A stretch of 64,000 nt of DNA from Promethearchaeota archaeon (GTDB lineage: Archaea; Asgardarchaeota; Lokiarchaeia; Sigyniarchaeales; SOKP01). Each line of letters begins with the position of its first letter. Position 1 is the first letter of the stretch. Position numbers and translations under genes: made by a program. Of this stretch, positions 49,518 through 59,554 are shown one piece after another. Under the pieces are notes generated by a model, which did not search any database, was not told the origin of the DNA, and was given only the letters and a program-made list of their open reading frames with translations. Where the stretch lies: positions 1 through 64,000 of the forward strand of contig JBHLPW010000004.1 in the NCBI GenBank assembly GCA_048939015.1, written 5' to 3'.

Positions 49518-50505
49518 AATAGGATTTAAAGGTCGTTATCTCTTCTTTAATATCCTTTGCTTTTTCTATTTTTTTATTGGATTGAATAATTTTTTTTATC
49601 GCTTCTTCTACTAATTCAAGATCCTTATAAGCATTAGGATTTTCATAGGTTTGACTTTCAAAATTACCCTTCCACGGCTTTAATTTTGGAATAGAATCGA
49701 TATTTCTCAGATTCCATTTAATATTATGTTTAAATTCCTCAGTTAGAGGTTTAAGACTAAGTTCATCCCATTTTTGAATTACCCAAGGAGCATATTCATG
49801 TAATTTGTCAAAATCAAAATCTAAATCATATCTCCATTCATACTGATGATCCCAATTTCCTACTGCTAAATAATTTTCATTATCGGATTTATCAGGAGGA
49901 AAATATTTCCAATTATTTCGGTTGATATCCTCGTCTCTAAAAGGCCTACCTTCAGCATATTGGAGAAAATAACCTGCTTTTTCTAAGATACTTTGGTTTT
50001 GTGCATTTTCTTTTAGGTAAATCTCAATCTGGGTAATATCTACTTTACTCGTAATAACTTGCTCTAGGAATATCTTAAATATTACATTTTTAGCTTCATT
50101 TGGATGGCATTTTCCAGTAAAAATTGGATAATACATGAAAGAATAGTACCCTGAATCTTCATTCGTACTTGCTTTATAAATTTCAACCCAACACTCCAAA
50201 GGTTTTATATAGACATTAGATTTAATGATATTGATTATTAACAATATATCTGCCATTACTCCAATAATTATTATTGTTATAAATAGTACTAAACTGAAAA
50301 AAAACGTCGCAAGAAGATACGAAAGCGCTGTATAGATTAGTAAAGCACCTGCTATGAAAAAGAAAGCTATCAAAGAATTATACGCTTCGTGTTCCTTATC
50401 CTTCTTCGAATATAATATTGTTGGTGCATTATTAATGACAACATCTTTACCAAATTTATTTACGAACTGTTGGAAATCTACTTTATTCCATTCAGCAGAA
50501 GACAT
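49498..50505 (-). CDS. Hypothetical protein with 2 N-proximal TM helices
   Basis: 335-aa ORF; hydrophobic hairpin at about aa 45-95; no family recognised. Confidence 0.6.
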   Translation of the reverse strand: MSSAEWNKVDFQQFVNKFGKDVVINNAPTILYSKKDKEHEAYNSLIAFFFIAGALLIYTALSYLLATFFFSLVLFITIIIIGVMADILLIINIIKSNVYIKPLECWVEIYKASTNEDSGYYSFMYYPIFTGKCHPNEAKNVIFKIFLEQVITSKVDITQIEIYLKENAQNQSILEKAGYFLQYAEGRPFRDEDINRNNWKYFPPDKSDNENYLAVGNWDHQYEWRYDLDFDFDKLHEYAPWVIQKWDELSLKPLTEEFKHNIKWNLRNIDSIPKLKPWKGNFESQTYENPNAYKDLELVEEAIKKIIQSNKKIEKAKDIKEEITTFKSYFRDLSF

Positions 50506-50661
50506 AATAAAACAAACTATATTGTATTTATTTAAATCTTATTTGATCTGATTAAAATATTAGTGTTTTTTAAATTCTGACAATTGAGTAGAAAAATAAT
50601 TAATTCTATACTCCTTTTAATTTTTAATTTAGATTGTACATTACAGATAATGAAATAATAG

Positions 50662-52962
50662 ATGGTACCGTTTGAAGAATTTTTACACTTTATAAAGACC
50701 CAAGATTATTATCGTGATCAAATATCTCATATTGAGGATATTCCAGCTCAAAAAGCCCGTTTTGGAGAATTAAAAAAACCAATTAAAAAACGTCTTCAAC
50801 GTTGGCTAGATAGTTATGGTATTAAATTATGGAATCATCAGGCTGAGGCTATCAACCACATTTTTGATGGTAAGAATACTATAATTGTAACTTCTACAGC
50901 CTCAGGGAAATCTCTTTGTTATAATCTTCCTGTTTTAAACTCAATTTTAGAAGAACCATCTACTACTGCTATCTATGTGTTTCCAACAAAAGCATTAGCT
51001 AGAGACCAATTTAATATTTTATCGAATTTATTAACAGATGTAAACATTAAACAAAATCGAATTGGTGTTTATGATGGTGATGTAGAACCAAATGAAAAAA
51101 GATTTGTGTTAAATAATGCGAATATTGTTATCACTAATCCATATGGATTGCATTTCTATTTGCCTTGGTTCAAAAAGAACTGGAGGCGAATCTGCCAGAA
51201 TTTAAAATATATTGTGTTGGATGAAATTCATATCTATAGAGGGATTTTCGGATCCAACTTTGCCCTGCTACTTAGAAGATTAAAAAGATTACTTGAATCT
51301 TATAATGTAAAGCCCCAGTGGATTTTATCAAGTGCTACAATATATAAGCCAAAACAATTTTGTGAAAAGTTAGTAGGTGAAAAGTTTGTAATTGTGGATA
51401 AAGATGATTCACCCTCAGGTGATAAAAAAGTAATTTTATGGGATCTACCTTATGATGAGATTTCTAATAAGTATCATTCAGCTCATCAAGAAACTAAAAA
51501 TCTATTTGTTAGCCATTTAAAACAAGGAATTCAAACTTTAACATTTACACTCTCGAGAAAAATGGCTGAACTTCAAGCAATATGGACGAGAGATACTTTA
51601 CCCACATTAAAAGATAAAATCTTCAGTTACCGAGCTGGTATTAGTAAAAATAAAAGAAGAGAAATTGAACAAAATTTCAAACAAAAGAAAATTATAGGAA
51701 TTAGCTCAACTAATGCTCTTGAATTAGGAATAGATATAGGGTCTCTTGATGCTACGATCAGTTCTGGCTTTCCTGCAACAATCTCAAGTTTCAGACAGCA
51801 AATTGGACGTTCTGGAAGAGGTACCGAGCTTTCCATATCGACTCTCATACCTATGCAAAATCCTCTCGATCTCTTCTATATTCATAATCCAGAAAAGTTA
51901 TTTGGACCAATTCAAGAAGAAATTCTTATCACATTAAATAATAAATATATATTGAGAAATCATATTTGTTGTGCATGTAAAGAAAGCCCTCTAAGAGTAG
52001 AGGATTATAGTAAATTTGGTATTCAAGATAAAAATCTATTTGAAGCATGTTTAGAGCAATTAGTCTCAGAATCTTTATTGATGAAAAGAGGGGAACGTTA
52101 TTTTTGGAATAGTGATTTTTTTCCAAATGAAAAATATGGATTAAATGATCTTTCAAATCGAGGTTATAAAGTCCTACTAAGAACTGAATTAGGTGAAGAG
52201 CTTTTAACTATTGAGGATGAGAGTTTTGTTTTCCGTGACTTACACCAAGGTGCTGTATATCTTTATGAAGCAGAAACGTATATGGTAGAAGAACTCGACT
52301 TACAAGAGAGGTTAGTTTTTCTAAAAAAAGCAAATATAGACTTTTATACCCAATCTTTAAAACATACAGATATAACACCTCTCGAAGTAATTTCAGATAA
52401 AAAAATAGGTTTAAATAAAAATATAGAAGCCTATTTTGGAAATGTGAAAGTAGAACACGAGTATTACTCCTATAAAACCATTGATACATTGACTCAAGAG
52501 ATACGCTCAAGACAACCACTAGAAGATATACCTATCATAGAGTTCGAGAGTCAGGCTATCTGGTTTCTTATCCCTTTTGAATATCAAAAAGAATTGGAAA
52601 TAAAAGGCTATGACCTTGGCGGAACCATTCATGCTATAGAACATGCAATGATAGCTATGGCTCCAGCGTTAGCACAAATCTCTCGGTGGGATTTGGGTGG
52701 TGTCTCCATAGATTTTGATCCTGTTAAATTACAACCTATAATTTATATTTATGATGCCTATAGAGGCGGAATTGGGATATCTGAAGCATTATATTTAAAT
52801 TTACATGAATTACTCGAAATGACTTATAAATTGATAGATTCTTGTAGCTGTAAAACTCCTATTGGTTGTCCATGTTGTACTCTATCACCAAAATGTGGGA
52901 ATAATAATGAACCATTAGATAAAGAAGGAGCAAAATTCATCCTTAGCAAACTCATAAAATAA
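50662..52962 (+). CDS. Hrq1/MrfA/SftH-like DEAD/H-box helicase with C-terminal DUF1998 zinc-binding domain
   Basis: TASGKS, FPTKALARDQ, LDEIH, SAT, ALELGIDIG, QIGRSGR; HAIEH, YDAYRGGIG, CSC...GCPCC..SPKCGNNNEPL. Confidence 0.9.
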   Translation: MVPFEEFLHFIKTQDYYRDQISHIEDIPAQKARFGELKKPIKKRLQRWLDSYGIKLWNHQAEAINHIFDGKNTIIVTSTASGKSLCYNLPVLNSILEEPSTTAIYVFPTKALARDQFNILSNLLTDVNIKQNRIGVYDGDVEPNEKRFVLNNANIVITNPYGLHFYLPWFKKNWRRICQNLKYIVLDEIHIYRGIFGSNFALLLRRLKRLLESYNVKPQWILSSATIYKPKQFCEKLVGEKFVIVDKDDSPSGDKKVILWDLPYDEISNKYHSAHQETKNLFVSHLKQGIQTLTFTLSRKMAELQAIWTRDTLPTLKDKIFSYRAGISKNKRREIEQNFKQKKIIGISSTNALELGIDIGSLDATISSGFPATISSFRQQIGRSGRGTELSISTLIPMQNPLDLFYIHNPEKLFGPIQEEILITLNNKYILRNHICCACKESPLRVEDYSKFGIQDKNLFEACLEQLVSESLLMKRGERYFWNSDFFPNEKYGLNDLSNRGYKVLLRTELGEELLTIEDESFVFRDLHQGAVYLYEAETYMVEELDLQERLVFLKKANIDFYTQSLKHTDITPLEVISDKKIGLNKNIEAYFGNVKVEHEYYSYKTIDTLTQEIRSRQPLEDIPIIEFESQAIWFLIPFEYQKELEIKGYDLGGTIHAIEHAMIAMAPALAQISRWDLGGVSIDFDPVKLQPIIYIYDAYRGGIGISEALYLNLHELLEMTYKLIDSCSCKTPIGCPCCTLSPKCGNNNEPLDKEGAKFILSKLIK

Positions 52963-53128
52963 AAGGCGTAAAAAGCTAAGAATAAAGTAGAAAAATCAAA
53001 ATTGATTGAAATTCTTAGAAATTTGAATATAATGTAAAATTTTTAAAGCCAAAAATTATATTAATACATAATACCAGTAAAAAACCTTTTGAAATAGGTA
53101 TAATAACCAAAAGTATTGGGTATTTGGG

Positions 53129-53665
53129 TTGTCATATACTTCCACATTCAAAATTGTTATATTTGGTGATTCTCAGACTGGAAAAACTACTCTAACTCAT
53201 AGATTTTTAACGAATCTTTTTAAGCAAGATATTACTATGACTTTAGGTGTGGATTTCCACCTTAAAGCTATAGAAATAGACGGAGAAATGATAAAACTAC
53301 AGATCTGGGATTTTGCGGGTGAAGAACGATTTAGATTTCTCTTTCCTTCTTATATTAGAGGAGCTCACGGAGCAGTCTTTATGTATGATATTACAAATTA
53401 TGGTTCACTTGCTCATGTAGATGATTGGTTTGAAATCGTAGAAAAAGAGATAAAATCTCATTTACCAATTATATTTGTTGGTGGCAAAACGGATTTAATA
53501 CATCTGAAAGAAGTATCTACGAAAAAAGCAATGGATTTAGCAATGACTAAAGGAGCAGATGGTTTTGTGGAGTGTAGTTCAAAAACAGGCGAAAATATTC
53601 ATAAAATCTTTAACCTTCTTACGAAATTGATTATAAAAAATCGTGATTTACGAACCGTAGCCTAA
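53129..53665 (+). CDS. Rab-like small GTPase (canonical G1-G5 order)
   Basis: GDSQTGKT, TLGVDF, KLQIWDFAGEERF, GKTD, CSSK; no C-terminal prenylation Cys. Confidence 0.92.
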   Translation: MSYTSTFKIVIFGDSQTGKTTLTHRFLTNLFKQDITMTLGVDFHLKAIEIDGEMIKLQIWDFAGEERFRFLFPSYIRGAHGAVFMYDITNYGSLAHVDDWFEIVEKEIKSHLPIIFVGGKTDLIHLKEVSTKKAMDLAMTKGADGFVECSSKTGENIHKIFNLLTKLIIKNRDLRTVA

Positions 53666-53706
53666 TTGGTATTTAATTAAGTATATAAAAATTTTAGTGT
53701 TTTTCT

Positions 53707-54171
53707 ATTAAGATTACTCAAGCAACAGGAGAAGATATTCCTGAGATTGTAGAACTTTGGAAGGAACTTGCTGATCATCATTCAAAATTAGATTCTTTTT
53801 TCACAAGGAGGAAGGATGGACACATCAACTTTAAACCCTTTATATCTGATTTGATTGAATCTGATGATGCAAAGATATTTGTAGCATTCGAGGATGATCA
53901 AATCATAGGGTATACAGTTCCTAAGATCGATCAATATTCACCAGTTTATCTTTTAGAAAAGCATGGTTCTATTTATGATATGTTTGTAAGTTTGGAGCAT
54001 AGAAGAAGAGGGATTGGAAAAAAATTATGGGAGGAAGCTCTTAGATGGTTCAAGGGATTAGGATTAGAAAGAGTAGAATTGAGTATTGTACCGACTAATC
54101 CTGAATCTTCATCTTTCTGGAAAAAACAAGGATTTTCTGATTATACGCATAGATTATATATCAAAATTTGA
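53707..54171 (+). CDS. GNAT family N-acetyltransferase; probable ATT start at 53707
   Basis: The frame extends upstream of TTG 53851 as IKITQATGEDIPEIVELWKEL (classic GNAT N-terminus); HRRRGIG, FWKKQGF. Confidence 0.85.
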   Translation: MKITQATGEDIPEIVELWKELADHHSKLDSFFTRRKDGHINFKPFISDLIESDDAKIFVAFEDDQIIGYTVPKIDQYSPVYLLEKHGSIYDMFVSLEHRRRGIGKKLWEEALRWFKGLGLERVELSIVPTNPESSSFWKKQGFSDYTHRLYIKI

Positions 54172-54188
54172 AGATTCCATAATTCTTA

Positions 54189-56012
54189 TCATAAATTTAG
54201 AAATCTGAGCTTTTCAGCATTCGGCACTCCAGTTAAATAATCCCAATCACGATATTCATAGAAAAATTTTTTTAATTTATTAAAATTGGGAGATTTTCCT
54301 GCTGATCCTCCACTTTCGAATGGATTCAATAAAATTTGAGGTATTCTATCATCTGAAGGTGTTAATCCCATTTTTATATTAAACATTCTTTTCATATTAG
54401 CTATCCTTTCCCCATATAGCTTTACTTCTTCGAGTCTAAAGTTTAAACCTGTAGCATATTGTATAATATCGGCATTATGAGAAGGTAAAGGATTACAAAA
54501 AGAACACATTACCATTGAACTATACAAAGCTCTATAATCCATTAATAATGAGCAACATTCTGCCATTTCCATGTCATCCTTATAAGTGTCAATTTGTTTA
54601 ATGCCCAACTCCTCTAAAGGAATACCCATTAATACATAATAAGCATCACAAGCATTATGAGAAGGACCACGGGGGCCTATTCCGTAGGCAATTGACATTC
54701 CATAGTTCGCGCGGCTATCATGGTATGTAACTTCTAAATTATCAACAGTAGCAATTTCCTCCTTATCAATATTAAATTTGTCTGCAAAGTAATTTGAACC
54801 TTCGGAAAGAATACTACCAAGTCCTTCTCTTCTAGCTATCTTTTCTATTAATTGATCCACTTTATCTAATTCACTCCAACCAAGAGTTAATCCATCAATA
54901 TCTTCTGAATTTATTCTTCCTAAGTTATGATGATAAATTAAGCTTGCAATTACACCACTTGTACTAATTGTATCAATTCCGAAGTCATCACACCTTTTAT
55001 TGAAATAAGCAATAGATTCTAAATCATCATTTAAGATCAAACTACCAAACCCACAAATAGTTTCATATTCTGGACCTCTTATTTGTTCAGTTTTGTATTT
55101 TCCATCTTTGATTTCTATAATCCTTCCACATCCTATTACACATGAATGACAAAATGCCTGTTTCACTAGGATAGTTTCAGCCATTGTTACCCCTGATATA
55201 TTTCTTGCTTTTTCCCATTTAGATCTCGTATGATATTTTACAGGTAATTCACCTGTAACATTATACATGTCGAGAGCGGCAGCAGTACCATACATTCCCA
55301 ACATTTGGCTCGCAACTGAGGATTTTACGTAATCCCTTGCATTTTTTATTGCTACGTCCAATTTTTCCTTATTCGCGACATTAAGGCTTAAATTAGAACC
55401 CTTTACAATTATAGCTTTTAATTTTTTTGAACCAAATATAGCACCCAAGCCAGTTCTTCCAGCTGCTCTTTGTTCAGAAATTATATTTGCAAATCTAACT
55501 AGGTTTTCCCCAGCTATTCCTATACAAGCAACCTTTGCTTTATTATCTCCAAAGACTTCTTTAAGTTTTTTAGTTGTATAGGATGTATCCTTTCCCCAAA
55601 TAAACTCTGCATCACTAATTTGAATATTTTGATCATTTATTTCAATATAGACGGGTTTTTCTGAAGCACCAACTATTTCTATCCCATCATATCCTGCTTT
55701 CTTCACTTCAGCTCCAAACCAACTCCCACAATTTGATTCACCCCAGATTCCTGTTAATGGAGATTTAGAGCATACGACCCATCTTCCAGTATTTGGAGCA
55801 AAAGTTCCGTTAAGAGGACCTGTCATTATCATTAAAATATTTTCTGGAGAAAGTGGATCCGTTTCTAGTTCTAACTTATCATATAGATAACGACAAGCAT
55901 ATCCTGCTCCCCCTAAGAAGTTTTTCGCAATAGTCTCCTCTAAAGGGGAAGTAGAAATTTCTTTATTAGTAAGATCAATTTTCAATATCTTTCCTCTAAA
56001 CGAGTATAATAT
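54189..56012 (-). CDS. aor: Tungsten-type aldehyde:ferredoxin oxidoreductase family protein; probable ATA start at 56012
   Basis: KSPLTG..GESN, GIAGENLV, AAGRTGLGAIFGSKKLKAI, CHSCVIGC, PEYET, DDFGIDTIS, DDRIP; upstream in-frame ILYSFRGKILKIDL. Confidence 0.9.
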   Translation of the reverse strand: MLYSFRGKILKIDLTNKEISTSPLEETIAKNFLGGAGYACRYLYDKLELETDPLSPENILMIMTGPLNGTFAPNTGRWVVCSKSPLTGIWGESNCGSWFGAEVKKAGYDGIEIVGASEKPVYIEINDQNIQISDAEFIWGKDTSYTTKKLKEVFGDNKAKVACIGIAGENLVRFANIISEQRAAGRTGLGAIFGSKKLKAIIVKGSNLSLNVANKEKLDVAIKNARDYVKSSVASQMLGMYGTAAALDMYNVTGELPVKYHTRSKWEKARNISGVTMAETILVKQAFCHSCVIGCGRIIEIKDGKYKTEQIRGPEYETICGFGSLILNDDLESIAYFNKRCDDFGIDTISTSGVIASLIYHHNLGRINSEDIDGLTLGWSELDKVDQLIEKIARREGLGSILSEGSNYFADKFNIDKEEIATVDNLEVTYHDSRANYGMSIAYGIGPRGPSHNACDAYYVLMGIPLEELGIKQIDTYKDDMEMAECCSLLMDYRALYSSMVMCSFCNPLPSHNADIIQYATGLNFRLEEVKLYGERIANMKRMFNIKMGLTPSDDRIPQILLNPFESGGSAGKSPNFNKLKKFFYEYRDWDYLTGVPNAEKLRFLNL

Positions 56013-56173
56013 TTTGGTACACCACTTTGTTCTGATTAAAAATCTATTTGGTAATTATGTGTTTATTTTTTATTTATTTTACTTTTTTATTATTTTTACA
56101 TTTGAAATATGATTTGTAGAATTTATGAATAATTAAAACAACATTTTTAAACCTTGAAAGTTGAATAGTAAAT

Positions 56174-56680
56174 ATGGAACCTATAAGCGATTTAAAATGG
56201 AAAGATCTTATCTCTCCAACAATGACTCCTGATGATTACTTAAAGATTTATGGTGATAAAGTTAGAGAAGTCTATGAGAACTATGAACCAAAATCAGATG
56301 TTATTCAAACCATTAAAGAAATTCTTGACAATAAGCAAGGAAAATTAAAAATTGTTGCTTTAGGTGCTGATTGGTGTCCTGATTGTTCAAAATATATACC
56401 AAGAATGATAAAATTAATAAAAGATTTAAAAATTGAAAAAGTAAGCTTAGATATATTATATGGAATTATGGTAAATGCCTTACATAAACCGGGAGAAACT
56501 AATTGGCATAAAAAACGTTCCCCCCCAGAAGCAACTGATCCTAAGTTTGATTTGAAAAAAATACCTACATTTTATTTCTTTAATAATGCTGGTAAACATA
56601 TTGGGGTTATTGTGGAACATCCGAAGTCGAACTCCACCTTAGAAGAGGATATATTGGAGATATTAGAAAATAATATATAA
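56174..56680 (+). CDS. Thioredoxin-fold protein
   Basis: ADWCPDC and cis-Pro IPTF. Confidence 0.85.
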   Translation: MEPISDLKWKDLISPTMTPDDYLKIYGDKVREVYENYEPKSDVIQTIKEILDNKQGKLKIVALGADWCPDCSKYIPRMIKLIKDLKIEKVSLDILYGIMVNALHKPGETNWHKKRSPPEATDPKFDLKKIPTFYFFNNAGKHIGVIVEHPKSNSTLEEDILEILENNI

Positions 56681-56751
56681 AGGATTTTTGAAATCTATAT
56701 CATTATTTTAAATCATCAATATTTAAATTTTTAAGAAGTTATAATAATTTT

Positions 56752-58797
56752 ATGTCAAAATTAAAAGTAAAAAGAGTTATTATATTTAAGCATGGAGTAT
56801 CCTATTACATTCTTGAAGGAATCCTTAAGGGTTCTGGTAATTTTGAACTTGAATTCAAAATTGATGAGATGAATGATGTATTAAAATCACTTTTTGTTTT
56901 GGATACGAGTAAAAATGGTTATATTTCATCAATATCTTATGATGCTGCCTTAGATACTGACCAATTACTAAGATCTATAATGTTAAACATCCCTGATCGT
57001 GATTCTTTTTCTTCACTTGTAACCCAGATAAAAGGTGCTGAAGTGGTTTTAACTGTTGGTGGTGCTAAGAAAGTTTCTGGAAAAATTATGGGGATTGAGT
57101 ATGTTGAAAAATTGAGTAAAGTTGAAAAAATCACTGAAAAATTATTAACACTTCATCAAGATGATGGTACGATAACCAAATATAACTTTTCAGAGATTAA
57201 ATCATTAGAAATTATGAATGATGAGATTAAAAAGGATTTGAAATTCTTCTTAGACACAGTGATTGCTGGAAAGAAGAAAGATGCTAAAAAAATAATTATT
57301 AATTGTGAATCTGGAGGAGATGATGAGATTGATAGGAACATTTTTGTGTCCTATATACGTGAAAGTCCAATCTGGAAAACCTCATATCGATTAATTATGA
57401 GTAAGGAACAAGCATTAGAGCAAAAATGTTTACTATCTGGTTGGAGTCTTATCGAAAACACCACAAATCAAGATTGGGAAGATATAGAATTATCTCTGGT
57501 TGCTGGCATGCCGGTTTCATTTATTTATGAATTTTATAGACCTATTTTTATCCAAAGACCAATCATCCAACCACCGAAAGTCCTAAGCGCTAGACCTACT
57601 GAAATTGAAGAAGGATTAGAAATGGAGAAATTTACGGAGTATGCTATGGATGAATTGGAAGCTGCACCTGTAGCTAAAAAAAGAAAAGCAGAAGTCATGA
57701 GAACGGGTATGCGTCCTCCTCCAGCACCAGCAGGAGGAATAGGTTTTGCACGAAGTGTTATGTCAGATGCAGAAATGTTTGATAAAGTAAAATCTCAGGT
57801 CAAGACCCAAACAAAAGATCTAGGGGAATTATTTGAATATAATATATCAAATCCAGTAACAATTAAACGTAAGCAATCGGCGTTAGTGCCAATCCTTACT
57901 GAATCGATTAAAGCGAAGAGAATTTTACTTTATAACAAGAATGAACATGATAAAAATCCTAATGCTTGTCTAGAAATTACTAATAATACTAATCTAACAC
58001 TGGAGAGAGGTCCTGCAACAATCATATATGATGACAATCTTGCAGGTGAAGCGATAATTCCTTTTTTAAACAAAAGTGATACAAGGTTGCTGAATTATGC
58101 TGTAGAACAAGCTGTAATTATAACTTATGAGCAGAAATCCGAAAACTTAAATGTTCATAAAGTCACTTTTGAAAGTGGATATTCTTATGAATATTATTAC
58201 ACTAATTCAATGACTATATACAAAATTAAAAACAAAACTGAAGAGGAAAAGGAACTTTACCTTGATCATCCAAAAACCTATGATTTTAAAATTATAGAGA
58301 AACCGATTGAGCCTGAAGAAACTCCTAATTATTGGCGATTTAAAATTACTTTAAAACCAAAGGATGCTATTAATTTTAAACTAAAGGAACAGAGAGAAAA
58401 TTATTCAAGTGCATATTTATGGAATTATAGCAAGGATGATTTATTAAAACGAGTTAGTTTTTATGTCAAAAAGAAATTTATCGAACCAGACCTAGAAAAT
58501 CGTCTAAAAGAAATTGCAGTATTGATTCAAACTCTAAATGAATTAAGGGCTAAACAAGAAAAATTGAATGAAGAGAGAGATATTATGACTGATGAACAAT
58601 CTCGTCTAAGAGAAAATATTTCGGTTCTTGGTGAAGACAGTCAATCAATATCATTAAAGGAACGGTATATAAAGAAATTAAGTGATCAAGAGAGTAGATT
58701 TGAGGAGATTAAAAAAGAACTTAAAGATCTGGATAAAAAAGTAAAGGACTTAAATAAAACAATCGAAGAAAATATGAATTCACTCTCAAAACCTTAA
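56752..58797 (+). CDS. DUF4139-like protein with C-terminal coiled coil
   Basis: VIIFKHGVSY, MNDVLKSL, PIWKTSYRL, ENTTNQDWEDIELSLVAG, GELFEY, QSRLRENI. Confidence 0.7.
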   Translation: MSKLKVKRVIIFKHGVSYYILEGILKGSGNFELEFKIDEMNDVLKSLFVLDTSKNGYISSISYDAALDTDQLLRSIMLNIPDRDSFSSLVTQIKGAEVVLTVGGAKKVSGKIMGIEYVEKLSKVEKITEKLLTLHQDDGTITKYNFSEIKSLEIMNDEIKKDLKFFLDTVIAGKKKDAKKIIINCESGGDDEIDRNIFVSYIRESPIWKTSYRLIMSKEQALEQKCLLSGWSLIENTTNQDWEDIELSLVAGMPVSFIYEFYRPIFIQRPIIQPPKVLSARPTEIEEGLEMEKFTEYAMDELEAAPVAKKRKAEVMRTGMRPPPAPAGGIGFARSVMSDAEMFDKVKSQVKTQTKDLGELFEYNISNPVTIKRKQSALVPILTESIKAKRILLYNKNEHDKNPNACLEITNNTNLTLERGPATIIYDDNLAGEAIIPFLNKSDTRLLNYAVEQAVIITYEQKSENLNVHKVTFESGYSYEYYYTNSMTIYKIKNKTEEEKELYLDHPKTYDFKIIEKPIEPEETPNYWRFKITLKPKDAINFKLKEQRENYSSAYLWNYSKDDLLKRVSFYVKKKFIEPDLENRLKEIAVLIQTLNELRAKQEKLNEERDIMTDEQSRLRENISVLGEDSQSISLKERYIKKLSDQESRFEEIKKELKDLDKKVKDLNKTIEENMNSLSKP

Positions 58798-58824
58798 TAT
58801 AAATACAATTTTAATTTTTTTATT

Positions 58825-59529
58825 ATGCAAAAACAAATAGAAATCCCACGATTCAAAAGTTTTTTATATCGCAGTGCATGGCTTTATAATGCAATTACTC
58901 GGCGACTGTATAATCAAGACAAAAAATTTCTTACAATAGCTTTACTTATTGGAAAAGGTCCAAAAAAAGTTTTAGATATGCCATGTGGCACTGGTTATTT
59001 AATGAGGTTTCTAGATCCCGCAATAGAATATGAAGGTGTAGATTTAAATCGTCGATTTTTAAAGCGTATAAAAAATAAAGAGCTCAAAAAAAGAAATATA
59101 AAATTAAAGAAAATTATATTACACCAAAAAGATATTTTCGAGTTTGATAATTATAAAGGGGAAATAAAAGATGTTATCATTATTAGTGATATTCTGCATC
59201 ATATTTACCCAAAACACATTGAATTAATTAATATAGCAAAGAAAATCTCACGAAAAGTTATAATTTGTGAACCTTACACTGTTAAGCCTAAGAAGATTAC
59301 TGCCCAAGATAAGATTTTTAAAATTATTATTTTTTTTGGTAAATTTCTGCCAGAAGCAATATTCAAAATAGTTGATTTCTTCTTTTTAGATAATGATGGT
59401 ATTAATTCTTACCAAAATAGATCAAAATGGAATCATAACAAAAAAAGCCTAAAACAATTATTAGAGAATTTGGGATTTACAAAAATCTACAAATTATTTG
59501 ATGAATATATCGGTATTTGGGAATATTAA
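58825..59529 (+). CDS. Class I SAM-dependent methyltransferase
   Basis: VLDMPCGTG, GVDLN, DILHH, IICEP. Confidence 0.85.
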   Translation: MQKQIEIPRFKSFLYRSAWLYNAITRRLYNQDKKFLTIALLIGKGPKKVLDMPCGTGYLMRFLDPAIEYEGVDLNRRFLKRIKNKELKKRNIKLKKIILHQKDIFEFDNYKGEIKDVIIISDILHHIYPKHIELINIAKKISRKVIICEPYTVKPKKITAQDKIFKIIIFFGKFLPEAIFKIVDFFFLDNDGINSYQNRSKWNHNKKSLKQLLENLGFTKIYKLFDEYIGIWEY

Positions 59530-59554
59530 AAATTCATAGAGGTTTAGTAAGAAA

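Noticed and set aside
50662-52962. DUF1998 helicase as part of a DISARM/Druantia-type defence system
   Set aside because: Helicase and DUF1998 are fused as in housekeeping Hrq1/MrfA, there are no drm genes adjacent, and the DNA methyltransferase is over 30 kb away.
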